The position numbers and the translations under genes are program-made. From Balanoglossus misakiensis (taxonomy: Eukaryota; Animalia; Hemichordata), in contig CM082578.2 of the NCBI GenBank assembly GCA_040954595.2, positions 10,153,519 through 10,217,518 of the forward strand: 64,000 nt of DNA. Reading direction: 5' to 3'. Each line of letters starts with the position of its first letter. The first letter of the stretch is position 1. The notes under the pieces are model-generated. The model had not been told where the DNA came from, searched no databases, and was given only the letters and a program-made list of their open reading frames with translations. Below are positions 12,101-22,557 of the stretch, piece after piece.

Positions 12101-15100
12101 AAAGGTTAATTTCCCTTCAAGCTGGTGGGTATTAGACATGTGTACACATACAGGGGCATGTCTGTGAGTGTATACGCTTGTGTGTGTGTGTGTGTGTGTG
12201 AGATATATGCATGTGTCTATGTATACATGTATGTGTGCTTGAGTCTGATAACATGAACCACACAGTTGAACACCACAATCTTGCCTCCTTTAACACTTCT
12301 CTTTTAGTCTGATCACAGATTAGCATGATTTCAGTTTTGTATTCCCATGAACAAGATAGCGCACTTATGATTGAAGACTCTTCTCTCCATAGGTTTGATA
12401 TGTACCATGTACATCTTATACATGGACGCCATCTTGTTTTTGGGGACGCCATCTTGTTTTGGGGAATACTAAAACTGAAACCATACTCACTAGATTTTCA
12501 CTCTCACTTACAAAATTCCACTCTCAGGAAACCAAAACCATGAGCAGAAATGATTTCATGTCATCTAAGAACACATGGGGATAAAATCTCAATCCATCCA
12601 TGACACAAATACAAGTGGAAAATTTGCATCTAAAGGCAGAGTGAGAAGAGAGGATTTAAACAACACAATTTTCCATATGTCTGTTAATAAGAACACCATG
12701 GAAGAGGAATATCAAATTTCCTTTGAATCTACGGTATTCTCACTTGCTCTCATGGGTCATTTTTGGAGAAGACCCTTTCCAGGCGTAAATAAACGCCACC
12801 ATCCACATCATTATGTAATCAGCAATGACCTTATGAGGTCACGGCTTTTCATCCGTTCTGCTTCTGAACTAATCGTCACTTATATGCATCATAATTTGTA
12901 TCTCTCGTGGCATTTTTCTTCATATTCACAAGCCTCGACTAATTTACTCATTTCACGTACTTTAGGAACACTTTCCAGACTCCCAACTAACCAAACCATT
13001 TTACAATAGACCATTTTCCGAACCAACACGGGACAGTGCGAGATCTCGCGTGGCTAGGTCGTTTATATGGGAGGACATTCTCTCATGTGATTCGGGACAA
13101 ACAACACACGGCCCATTGGCTCACTTGGCTGGCAACCCGTTTCTACGGTAATTATCCAAGTCTCACGAGATCTCGCAATGGGTGGAAAATCATCTATTAC
13201 TCTCTGTTACTAGTGTTTCTTTCGTTTTTCTTCCATTGGTCTCTCCTCTCGCACTAACTCCACCTCGTTTCAGAAAAATCATTCTCATGGGGTCTTCCTT
13301 ATTGCAAAAAATACTGACCCTTCAACAGTGTGCACATTCCGTTGCTTAGGTTGTTGGGTTTAGAAAGGAACGGCACGGGCGGCGGGGAGGCCATGGGCAC
13401 GCCGCATCTGGAGCAAGAGCTGGAACACCACGATCCGGGCATGCAGCCGGAAGACGAATCGGTGTACACGTCGGACGCGCACATGATACCCAAGCCGTCT
13501 CTACCCAGGGAGAGGTCGATATCTGCCCCCAGCATTAACCTAGTCGTCGGTGGTGCCGAGAACAGCCAACTACTCGAGGTGAGTCCAGGGCTGTCTTGTG
13601 CACAGCAAGACATTGTGAGCAGGACAAGTCAAAATTGCAAAGGAGAGATATTACAGTGACCTCCATTCCCTCCTGCCAAGTTTGATAATCTCTTTGTAAA
13701 TTTTAGTACAGTATTAATCTAGTTGTTTACTTCATAGGAAGTATACATATCTATCAAGCACACACAAATTTTAGACAAAGCATTGCCCCTACCAGTACTA
13801 TACATCGTCATTCCTCCAAGCATACAGTTGTTGAAGATATATGTCTCAAAATGCTACATCCAAATCATACACGACAATCACAGACCCATCTCAACCTCCA
13901 GCCCCAGCGCATGTTGACCCACAGCAACAAAATATTTGTTCAAGCCAAGGACATAACATCTGATTGCAGCCACTGTCAGATGACACAAGCTGTCCTCCAG
14001 AATTTGTGAGATAGATAGTTGTTAATGCACCGGATTATCGACACTGACATGGACGTTCGCTCCCCGTTTTCGTTCTTCCAACAGGAATTGGTTGCAAAGC
14101 ACACCAAAGCTCAGTCACACGGTAAGTCGTCTATTTTCTCATCTCCCCTTCTAACCCTTCCAGGGGAGTGCCAGAAACACTCTGGACAGGGCATTGCGTA
14201 GATAGGAAATCCAGTTCATGACCAGTCTACTTATTATTATTTTAAAATAACCTTGCTCCCTCAGTTCCCAACATGCATCATTTCTTTCAGCCTGTCAGTT
14301 GTTCTTTTGAATTCTGAGAGAGAGAGAGAGTCATACCCAGTGAGAGAGAGAGAATTTCTGCAAGTACATGTTCTCATTTGTGTGATGATACAGGAATGTG
14401 TCAAGTGAATAGGTGTGTGGGGGGAATGTACTTGAAATGTAACCTCAGTGTTGTGGGATAGGTGGGTGTTCATTTGAATGTGCGATTTACAAATATTTGC
14501 ATGTTACAGTGTGTACATCTGTATACGGGATTAGCATTTGCATACAGATGCCCCCCCCCCCCTCAAGTGGTTGAGTCAGTGTTGGGCAATAAAGCAGCCA
14601 TGATGGGTTGTGCTCAGTCAGATTTCCTCTTCTGTTTTTGCCGTGAGAAGGCTCTCTTTTCGTATGAAACATCAGGTAAAGTACTAGGTGCTGTTACGTA
14701 CAAAATGAAACTCTGGTTTCCCTGCTGCTCTTGAAACACGAAGTTGGAGATTTCATGGGGTGTCTTTCTCTTGGATTTTCGGCCTGGTTCTGAGCGGGAA
14801 AATTGTGTGACACAGTGCACCTGTTTTGGGTTGATTTATTCACAAGATGAAAGTCTGTTCAGCAGCAGGGTGCAAACATCATACATTCATTCATTCCACA
14901 GACAGGTGTCAAAATCTCATTTTTGCATGTCAATGAAGAGTGTAGTTAAGACAGACCCCCACCTGTGCAGTCGTCACAGAAAAAAAAAATACCAGATCAG
15001 AAATTTTGTGTCGCGCAGACTACAAGTTGCTTCGATAATACATAAACTGTACATGCAAGGGTTCATAAAAATTGGGCAGTTGGAAGGGTGACATGCCAGT

Positions 15101-18100
15101 GACAAAGTTTTTGTCTGTGGGTACAGAGTGGGTAGTGAGTGAGTGAGTGTGACCCTGTCATCAATACAAAGTTGTTCGCAATGTCCTGTCATGTTGGTAT
15201 AAAATGAAGTCTGTGCTGAGTGGAGCTATAAAAGAGACAATGCTGTGTGTGGGTGTGTGTGTGGCAGTGAAAATTGGCAAAAAAAAATTTGCTGTTCTAA
15301 AAAACATGCTGCTCTTTAAGCCTTGTGCCAGATTGGTGAAACGGTGCCTAATAATAACAAACGTTATTTGCCTGCTTGCCTTTTTTACCTACCTCTCTTA
15401 ACATTTTCACTCATTATCTCTCGATTCTCTCCCCCTTTTAATTATTATTTCACCCCTACCCGTCCCTTTTCTTTTTCTAAATTTTTTTCTCGTAATTTTG
15501 AACCACCTCCCTCTTCTACTCAATCATTCTGCTCTCGACCTGTGTACCACGTTCCTTCGCGTCTGTCCCCCAGACATGTCGACCAGACAACTGCCGCCAA
15601 ACAGTCCCAGTAAAAACCGGCAAACTAGCGGCAGTTGCACGCCCACACCTTCTCGAGACAGCGTCTTTGACTATAGTCCGGCTAGTATCATAAGGGGTGA
15701 GTTTTTTTCTCTCTCTGCTTAGCAGACATACTTGCCTTTCCGACCGTTTCTGTGACTAACTCCAAGCTAGCTGTTAATTTTTTTTTTGTTAAAGACGCTT
15801 TTGTAAAAACGGGAAAAATACTAACTCTGTTTGGTGTGCCTTTTTTTCTGTCATTTCTGTACTTTCTTTTTCAATACAGCATTGTCCCCCCCCCCCCAAA
15901 TCTGCCTATCGTGTTTTGCACAGTTTGTATTTTGTAGTGTGTGTGTGTTGTTACTGCTAGTTGTAATTTGTATTAGTGTGACAACTAATTATGCTGTTTG
16001 TTTTGTGTTTTGGCTAAATTTTTGTGATGTGATGTTATCATTGTGGGTATAGCAATGTGGAATCACTGGAAAACATTTCTCCCGTACTTGTCTCTGCAGG
16101 GGCTGAAAGAATACAGTGTGTTGTTCAACTAAATCAGAAAAAAACAATGATGTAGTAGAAATGAGAGGGTTATAGTTGATGAGAATCAGTTCGTAGCAAT
16201 TTGTAAGGTTTTCTTGTTGATTCAGAAGGTTTCTCCTGGAGTACATTTGGAACGTAACAACTGAAGGATGCCTCAATATTTGTGGATTTTCCTTATCATT
16301 CAACGATTCTCTGTTTTAATCCATCCCCACAGGGAATAACTTGACGGCTAGCTTTTCGTCAGGCTACAGCTCGGCAGTCTCTTCATCGCTGCCAAACTCC
16401 ATATCAAATTCAATTATCAGCCCCAACAAAGTGTCAGTGTCCAGTCCAAACAGTCTACAGCCATCGCCCACACATCAGCCGAAGAGGCGATTGCCGTCGT
16501 CGTCCGATGAAGTTCGCATCAGGAGGAGTGTGAGTGTAAAGACAAGCTTTGTTCAGTCACTGCAGTTTGCATTGTGATGAGTCTGCAGGATTTTCTGGTG
16601 CACAGCCGTGAGTGCAGTGTACTTCCCTTCACCAAGTCTTCAGTTCGGTTCTAATTCTCATATAAGAGCAGTCAATGTATTCATGACACTTTACGAAGTA
16701 AGCCCATATCTCCTTGTCCTATTACAGAGACATAGGCGAGATTCTAACGACGACTGGGAGATTCCAGCCAATGAAATTATTATAGGACCAAGGATTGGTT
16801 CTGGCTCTTTCGGAACAGTCTACAGAGGACAGTGGCATGGTAAGAAAAAAACATCAGCAAATCAAAATTTTAATCTGCCAAGAGCAGTGTTACATTCATG
16901 TACAGTTGCCCCCATACCAAGTGTATAAAGACGGTTGATGTACATGAAAACCGTTAAGAGACCATTTAATCTTGGGGGTGGGGGAATTATTGGCCATGTC
17001 CATACAGGTAACATACAAGATTTGACTATTTGTGTTTCTGTTTATTTTAGAGAGTAATATATGTTATGCGAAACATGATTTTTCGATTGTGTCTCTCTAC
17101 GAATAACACTCTAATTTGATGATTTGAACTTTGGTTGTTTTTTGTACACTATAGGTGCAGTTGCTGTCAAGAAATTGAATGTAACGGACCCGACACCATC
17201 ACAGCTTCAGGCGTTTAAGAATGAAGTTGCTGTCTTAAGGTGTGTTGTCCACAGAAGTATTAAATAAAGACTCTGATGCTTTAGTTTGTGTCCCCCCAAA
17301 AGTTTTATTATATCAAAAGTCCACTATCTGTAACTTTATTTCTTGAAGTGTGAAAGCCATATGTGGTGTAAAATCTAACCCATAGTTTTTTTGGGAAAGA
17401 CAAATTTTGACAATCTTTTTTTTGTAAATGGTTGACAGGAAAACAAGACATGCGAACATCCTGCTGTTCATGGGATGTACCTCCAAACCAGAGCTGGCAA
17501 TCGTGACACAGTGGTGCGAAAGTTCAAGTCTCTACAAACATCTGCATGTCATCGAGGTCAAGTTCGAGATGCACGACTTGATCGACATTGCAAGGCAGTC
17601 GGCCCAGGGCATGGAGTAAGTATACTTATATACATTTGCCAAGTTGGTAATCATCATCATCGTGTGACTGTATCTCATCATCCAACAACATTGATTGGAT
17701 ATCATCTCAGGTATTTCTGAACTTTTTTTTTATGAATCAATGTAAAACTGAATCTAACATAAATTTTTCTTCACAGTTATCTTCATGCCAAGAACATCAT
17801 ACACAGGGACTTGAAGTCAAACAGTATCCTTTCAATCGAAGGTCAGGGATCAAATTGCTCAATCTGACTGCCTATCAGTCGGCTATAAATGATGAAAAGG
17901 TGTCATGGGTAGTCATTTTGGTGACGGCGTCTTCTAGAGGCAAGTGTGCCACACTGCATTTGTTCTGTTTGCCCTGCAAAGTTGGTAATGTGCATGAAGA
18001 ATCATGATTGTAACCCAAATTTTGTCGATTGCCTTAACGAAACATTCAGACATATTTTTGCATGATGACATGACAGTAAAAATCGGTGACTTTGGACTGG

Positions 18101-19374
18101 CCACTGTGAAATCAAGGTGGAGTGGATCCGAGAGAATTGAACAACCCACAGGCTCCATCCTATGGATGGTAAGTAATTGCCCCCCATAAAACAAAAAAAC
18201 ATAAACATTCACTCTCCTATACAGAGTTAAGAACAGCCGTTGAATTAGGTTTGGAAACAAGACTGTTCAGAAATTGCAACAGGAATGTGCGTGTATTGTT
18301 TTTCACTGGAACCATGCAGTCCAATAAAATGAAATTCAAATTTCAATGCCTCTGTCCCAAAATGACCTTCAATGAATTCCTCTTCTGTGTGATAAAAAAA
18401 TCACTCCTTCACCACGTACAGGCTCCAGAAGTGATAAGAATGCAGGATCCCAATCCCTACACTCCACAGTCTGATGTCTATGCCTTTGGGGTCGTTCTGT
18501 TTGAATTGGTAACAGGCCAGCTGCCGTACGCTAACATCAACAACAAAGACCAGGTGAGTCCAATCACTATGTTTAATATTTCACCAGCAAAGGCAAGCAT
18601 AAATTGTATCATTAACATGTGTAGATGTTGCTGAGTGGAGCAACCAACAGGGTGTTTTTGACAACTGATGAAAATTGTAACATGGTGAGAGCTGTTATTT
18701 GCTGTGAGTGTTAATTATCAGAGCTCCTTCTGACTTGTTTCTCTATCAACATTAAAACTTCTGAAGATCATCTGGATGGTTGGCAGGGGTTACCTCTCGC
18801 CCAACCCGGAAGACGCCCGCAGCGACACTCCCAAGGCGTTCAAAAGACTCATGTCGGACTGCTGTAAGAAGAACCGGGATGAGAGACCGTTATTCCCACA
18901 GGTTGGTTTTGATTGGTTAGCCTCGCCCAATTCGAAGACCGTAAAAAGAGATTGTTTGGTGTGCAGCATACACACAGACACACTGAGACAAAGAGAGAGA
19001 CAGGGCTGACAGATATATATTATATACATGTATATACACACACACACACATACACATACACACTCTTTGTGCCTTATAAATCTGACATTCCTTCAATATA
19101 CATGTAATTAATCAGTTTATCAGTAATTTATTCCTATTTCTGTCATTCAGAAATGATAACTGTGTCTTCTTCTTTTCGTTTCAAGGTGCTTGCATCGTTG
19201 GAGGCCCTGGCACGGTCACTACCAAAGCTCCACCGCAGCGCCTCCGAACCCGTCTCGTTGAATAGGACACGTCTCCATGCCGACGATTTGCTTTACAGTT
19301 GCCCATCACCAAAGACGCCCCTTCAGAGTCAGTTTCCAACGTTTGCATTCTTCCCCACGGGGGGCAACCTATAG
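2171..19374 (+). CDS. BRAF: Serine/threonine-protein kinase B-Raf (multi-exon; first coding exon uncertain)
   Basis: join(2171-2272,7300-7533,7737-7889,10171-10227,10463-10614,13350-13578,14085-14121,15574-15696,16333-16529,16728-16839,17155-17239,17439-17615,17777-17823,18050-18168,18422-18553,18767-18901,19186-19374) = 2280 nt, open and phase-consistent. Contains BRAF-specific N-terminal helices, RBD, C1 domain, RERSISAP 14-3-3 site, [10 protein letters not shown]-region, [36 protein letters not shown] and SPKTP. Confidence 0.96.
3031..3140. repeat. (GAT)n trinucleotide microsatellite
   Basis: Seen directly; in BRAF intron. Confidence 0.95.
7300..7533 (+). CDS. BRAF: BRAF exon: [15 protein letters not shown]...[12 protein letters not shown] (start of RBD)
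   Basis: cgcag| ... ACG|gtgagt, 234 nt. Confidence 0.93.
7737..7889 (+). CDS. BRAF: BRAF exon: Ras-binding domain ([21 protein letters not shown]...WLEGEE)
   Basis: caacag| ... GAG|gtgagt, 153 nt; conserved Ras-contact Arg. Confidence 0.93.
10171..10227 (+). CDS. BRAF: BRAF exon: end of RBD ([19 protein letters not shown])
   Basis: ctacag| ... TTT|gtaagt, 57 nt; supplies the HNF that precedes the C1 domain. Confidence 0.9.
10463..10614 (+). CDS. BRAF: BRAF exon: C1/cysteine-rich domain ([35 protein letters not shown]...)
   Basis: ctcag| ... AT|gtaagt, 152 nt; canonical Raf C1 Cys/His pattern. Confidence 0.96.
11552..11614 (+). CDS. BRAF: Candidate BRAF alternative cassette exon ([21 protein letters not shown])
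   Basis: tttcttgggtttcag| ... CAG|gtaatt, 63 nt, phase 2/2, no stop in the required frame; six TGCATG motifs downstream. Confidence 0.5.
13350..13578 (+). CDS. BRAF: BRAF exon: CR2 with inhibitory 14-3-3 site ([10 protein letters not shown])
   Basis: cttag| ... GAG|gtgagt, 229 nt, phase 2/0. Confidence 0.9.
14085..14121 (+). CDS. BRAF: BRAF small exon ([12 protein letters not shown])
   Basis: ttccaacag| ... G|gtaagt, 37 nt; needed for phase; same size as vertebrate exon 9 as recalled. Confidence 0.85.
15574..15696 (+). CDS. BRAF: BRAF symmetric exon resembling vertebrate alternative exon 9b/10 ([40 protein letters not shown])
   Basis: long pyrimidine tract, cccccag| ... G|gtgagt, 123 nt, phase 1/1. 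Confidence 0.78.
16333..16529 (+). CDS. BRAF: BRAF exon: Ser/Pro-rich hinge
   Basis: ccacag| ... AGT|gtgagt, 197 nt, phase 1/0. Confidence 0.85.
16728..16839 (+). CDS. BRAF: BRAF exon: N-region and P-loop ([10 protein letters not shown]...[15 protein letters not shown])
   Basis: tacag| ... G|gtaag, 112 nt. Confidence 0.96.
17155..17239 (+). CDS. BRAF: BRAF kinase exon ([27 protein letters not shown])
   Basis: ctatag| ... AG|gtgtgt, 85 nt; catalytic Lys and alphaC Glu. Confidence 0.96.
17439..17615 (+). CDS. BRAF: BRAF kinase exon ([12 protein letters not shown]...QSAQGM)
   Basis: gacag| ... GA|gtaagt, 177 nt; RKTR dimerisation motif. Confidence 0.96.
17777..17823 (+). CDS. BRAF: BRAF kinase exon ([15 protein letters not shown])
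   Basis: cacag| ... A|gtatcctt, 47 nt; catalytic loop. Confidence 0.96.
17824..18049 (+). other. U12-type (minor spliceosome) GT-AG intron in BRAF
   Basis: 5' site GTATCCTTT; branch TGCCTTAAC at 18030-18038 close to the CAG acceptor; no pyrimidine tract. Confidence 0.92.
18050..18168 (+). CDS. BRAF: BRAF kinase exon: activation loop ([26 protein letters not shown]...GSILWM)
   Basis: ttcag| ... ATG|gtaagt, 119 nt; V600-equivalent Val is intact. Confidence 0.97.
18422..18553 (+). CDS. BRAF: BRAF kinase exon (APEVIRMQD...NNKDQ)
   Basis: tacag| ... CAG|gtgagt, 132 nt. Confidence 0.96.
18767..18901 (+). CDS. BRAF: BRAF kinase exon ([10 protein letters not shown]...ERPLFPQ)
   Basis: ctgaag| ... 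CAG|gttggt, 135 nt. Confidence 0.94.
19186..19374 (+). CDS. BRAF: BRAF last coding exon (RSASEP 14-3-3 site, SPKTP ERK-feedback site, TAG)
   Basis: ttcaag| GTG CTT ... TAG; [22 protein letters not shown]. Confidence 0.95.
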   Translation: MLASLEALARSLPKLHRSASEPVSLNRTRLHADDLLYSCPSPKTPLQSQFPTFAFFPTGGNL

Positions 19375-22239
19375 GGCCAATCAGACGCCCCCCCTCCTCC
19401 CCTACCCCCTCGCCTGCAGTAACTGTCAGTCAAGTCTGCTGTTTTGAAACTCTGCCCTCAGTGGCAGGTAATGGCCACTGGGATGATTTTGTGGGTTGTC
19501 CCCTCTGCCTGCCCCCCCCCCCCCCCTCATCCCAACCACCAACAGAACATTACTGTGGTGCCCTGTTATTTTGCCATGCTGGCCACAAGCTTTTGACGGC
19601 TTGGGTATATTTAAGGGGAGAGATGATACCTGACGGTTGGGTTTCCTTGGACATTGACGTGGCTTATCAAAATATACACGATCAGTGCAGAAATCAAGAT
19701 ATTGGGACGGGAAAAAATCTCCCAACTGGAGGGCAGAGTTTTCAATTTCAGAATTCGGGGTGTGCGGATAAGAGTTATTCAAGGCACAGCTAATGTTACA
19801 TTTTGTGCTTTGTGTTGAAATCTGGCAAACTGCAGAATTTACAGTGAGAGTGGAGAGAAAGTCTATACTACAAGAATTGTCTGAAGAAAAAATGGGAGAT
19901 AGAAGAAAAAAGTTCCTAAGGCAGGGAGTCAGGCAGGTTTTTAAAAGAAAAAAAATTGCAAGGCACATATCATTTACATTTCTGAGTGACTAGCTCTAGG
20001 CATATTCAGACATATGGCCGATGAGGTGTTTTTTTATTATTTTACTCAGAGTCCAAGCTTGGCTTTGATCAACATGTTTTTACACTAGTCGTTTCCTTTT
20101 CCGTTTTACATTTTTTTGTTTTGTTCATTTTTTTTATCGAGTAGGTGTATCAATTTACGGCTTTTTAGTAGAATCTTGCAATACCAGGACGCCTACATCT
20201 GCTCCACCGCCATTTCAAATTTGCCGTCACAGCAGTGTGTGGGTGTTCTGAGTGGTTTACAAGTTGTTTGCGTGCGTCAGCATTTCAAGCCTTCAAATGC
20301 AACTGCTTATGGCAATGTACAAGTATCAGACGCGTACGCACACACACAAATACATGCACATGCAAACACACACACACACTAAAACAGACATTTCCTTACC
20401 AAATTCAGATATATGCTAACATCAGCTTGTAGAAAAATAAAAACACTAGTTGCTTTCGGTGTGTAAAAGCAACTGTAAGAAAATCCGCAACATTGCCAGC
20501 AAAAAAAAATAATTTCTCAACTGCTCAAGAAATACATAAAATCAAGAAAGACCAAAACTTTTTTGCATAGTGTTTATATTTACATGAACATAACAAAATG
20601 TATTATGTAGATACTATTTAATTAAGTACAAATAGAATTAAAAAAAGAAAGACTTCAATTTTTTTCTTCCTTTAAAAGGGAAACCAAATACAGACAGACT
20701 GTTGAAATCCATTGTAATTGGCTGAATCCAGCGATAATGAACAGTCTCAAAAATACTTATTTTTTTTAAAGGAATAGCTATGCTACAAGTGCTCAGATAT
20801 GTTACCATGGCAACAGGTTGTGTTGCCGTCTTATATCATATGTAAATAGTACAATTTTTCAACGGAATTCAGATTCTGTACAAAGAAAAGGTCTCTTTGT
20901 CTTCTCGCGTGTTTTTATGCCGTTAACTGTCATTGTTTGCAAGCCCAGTTCCTTTTATTTCAGTCAGTCTGTCTGTCTGTCAAATCTTGTATCCTGGATT
21001 GTATCTATCAGGTTTTCTTTTCAGCAGTGGGGTTGAGTGTAGTGCATTGTCTTTTTATCCAACTTGTACACTTAATGTCGTAAAACAGCCAGCATGCATA
21101 GAAGTTTGATGTTAGTATCCAGGGCAACGGTCGTCCTCATTTACATGTACACGTGCGCCCATAAAAAGAGGACACAGTCCTCGAACCACACCGCCGAAAC
21201 CAAACCACAGCTTGAAAGTGTCCTGGCTCGCTGTACATTTCCTGGTTGTGCTTTTAAAATTTCTCGCATCTGAGGGAGAGAGAAAACACTTTTAAACTAA
21301 AGGAATGCAATGCGTAACTGTTGACTGTTTCAGGGTTCTTCCGACTCGCTAGTAGTTTTAGAATTGCCAAAGAAACTCTCTCTCTCTCTCGATCATTCTC
21401 TGCCACTTTCCGTCGCATCAGTGCATCGTGGATGAAAAAATTTTCTCATAAAAGAAACCAGCTTGTGATTATGAGTCCTACTAAATGAAATTGTCCACAT
21501 AAAATAATACCTTGAACATCATATACGGAGTACAACAGGCTATATCACTCACCTGGTCCACGTCAGAAAACTGGCACACAACGTGGGAGCTCAGCTTTAG
21601 CCATTGATGCGCATCATCATTTTAACCACACAAAAAACTATTTGGGTGTGTAAAATTCTATATAAAAAAATAACAGTGCCTTAATAAATTTCGCAGCTCA
21701 GGCATGAGGACCTGTAATTGTGTTAGGCTTTCATCCCTTTGTTTATCCTGCAGTGGTGCGGTCTTTAAATATTTCATCCCTGGGTTGAACCACTATACAG
21801 GATAAGCAAGGGTTTGAAGGGACCCCCATTTCTCTTTAAAATGGATCAGGCCAATGTCAATGTAAAAGAGGTTATTCCATGATACGATAACATAGGAGAG
21901 CCCTGGTTCCTTGAAAATGTTGATGTCTACTTCACTGTACTTTTTAATAAAATTTGCAGCCAACCTGGATGCCCTTTGACCCAAGCAGATGCCCTTTGAC
22001 CCAAGCGGTACCCTTTCTTAATCTCCATGTGTCTCATAAGTAATTTGGACTACGAAATATGTGCTATTTTAATTTCCATGCCAGTATAGAAAGCCTGTGA
22101 AATGTCTTTAAAATGTCATTGGCAGAAAAATTAGAATAAAATGGTAGTTTTTAATAGCTTTGACATGTATTTGACTTGAATTGTTACACTGATTCATAAA
22201 TGTTTTTCTTGTGCAGTGCATAAAGTCATTTTCTGAAGA

Positions 22240-22245
22240 AATAAA
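22240..22245 (+). terminator. Candidate distal poly(A) signal of BRAF (3'UTR about 2.9 kb)
   Basis: AATAAA followed by a GT-rich tract (ctgtggtgtttgg); other AATAAA at 20436, 21683, 21946 and 22135. Confidence 0.45.
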
Positions 22246-22551
22246 AAAATAGTATATATTTCAAAAAATACTGTGGTGTTTGGCAAGTCTGACTTTGGAA
22301 AGAAACAATACGGAATGTTTTGTAGCCGTGTGGTGGCGCACTTCAATCCTGCAGCCTAGCCCTGTCTCGGTTTCCCCCTGAATTCAAGTTCCATGTATTT
22401 CTTACTGGTGTAGAGAAGGTTTAGTTGCACAAAGCAGACCAATTTGGACTTTTCATTAGCTTAGCGACAGTTATATCCTGATTCTGTGCTTGGAATGTAA
22501 CATGAAAACTCACCAACAAACAAAGAAACAACTATAATCTTATAATCAATA

Positions 22552-22557
22552 TTTAAT
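22552..22557 (-). terminator. Candidate poly(A) signal of Wnt16
   Basis: ATTAAA on - followed by a GT/T-rich tract at about 22505-22530; alternative AATAAA on - at 22706-22711. Confidence 0.4.

Noticed and set aside
22325-22349. Resemblance to the 5' end of 7SL/Alu-B1 (GCCG..GTGGTGGCGCAC..AATCC)
   Set aside because: The match is too short and does not continue; no RNA gene can be supported.
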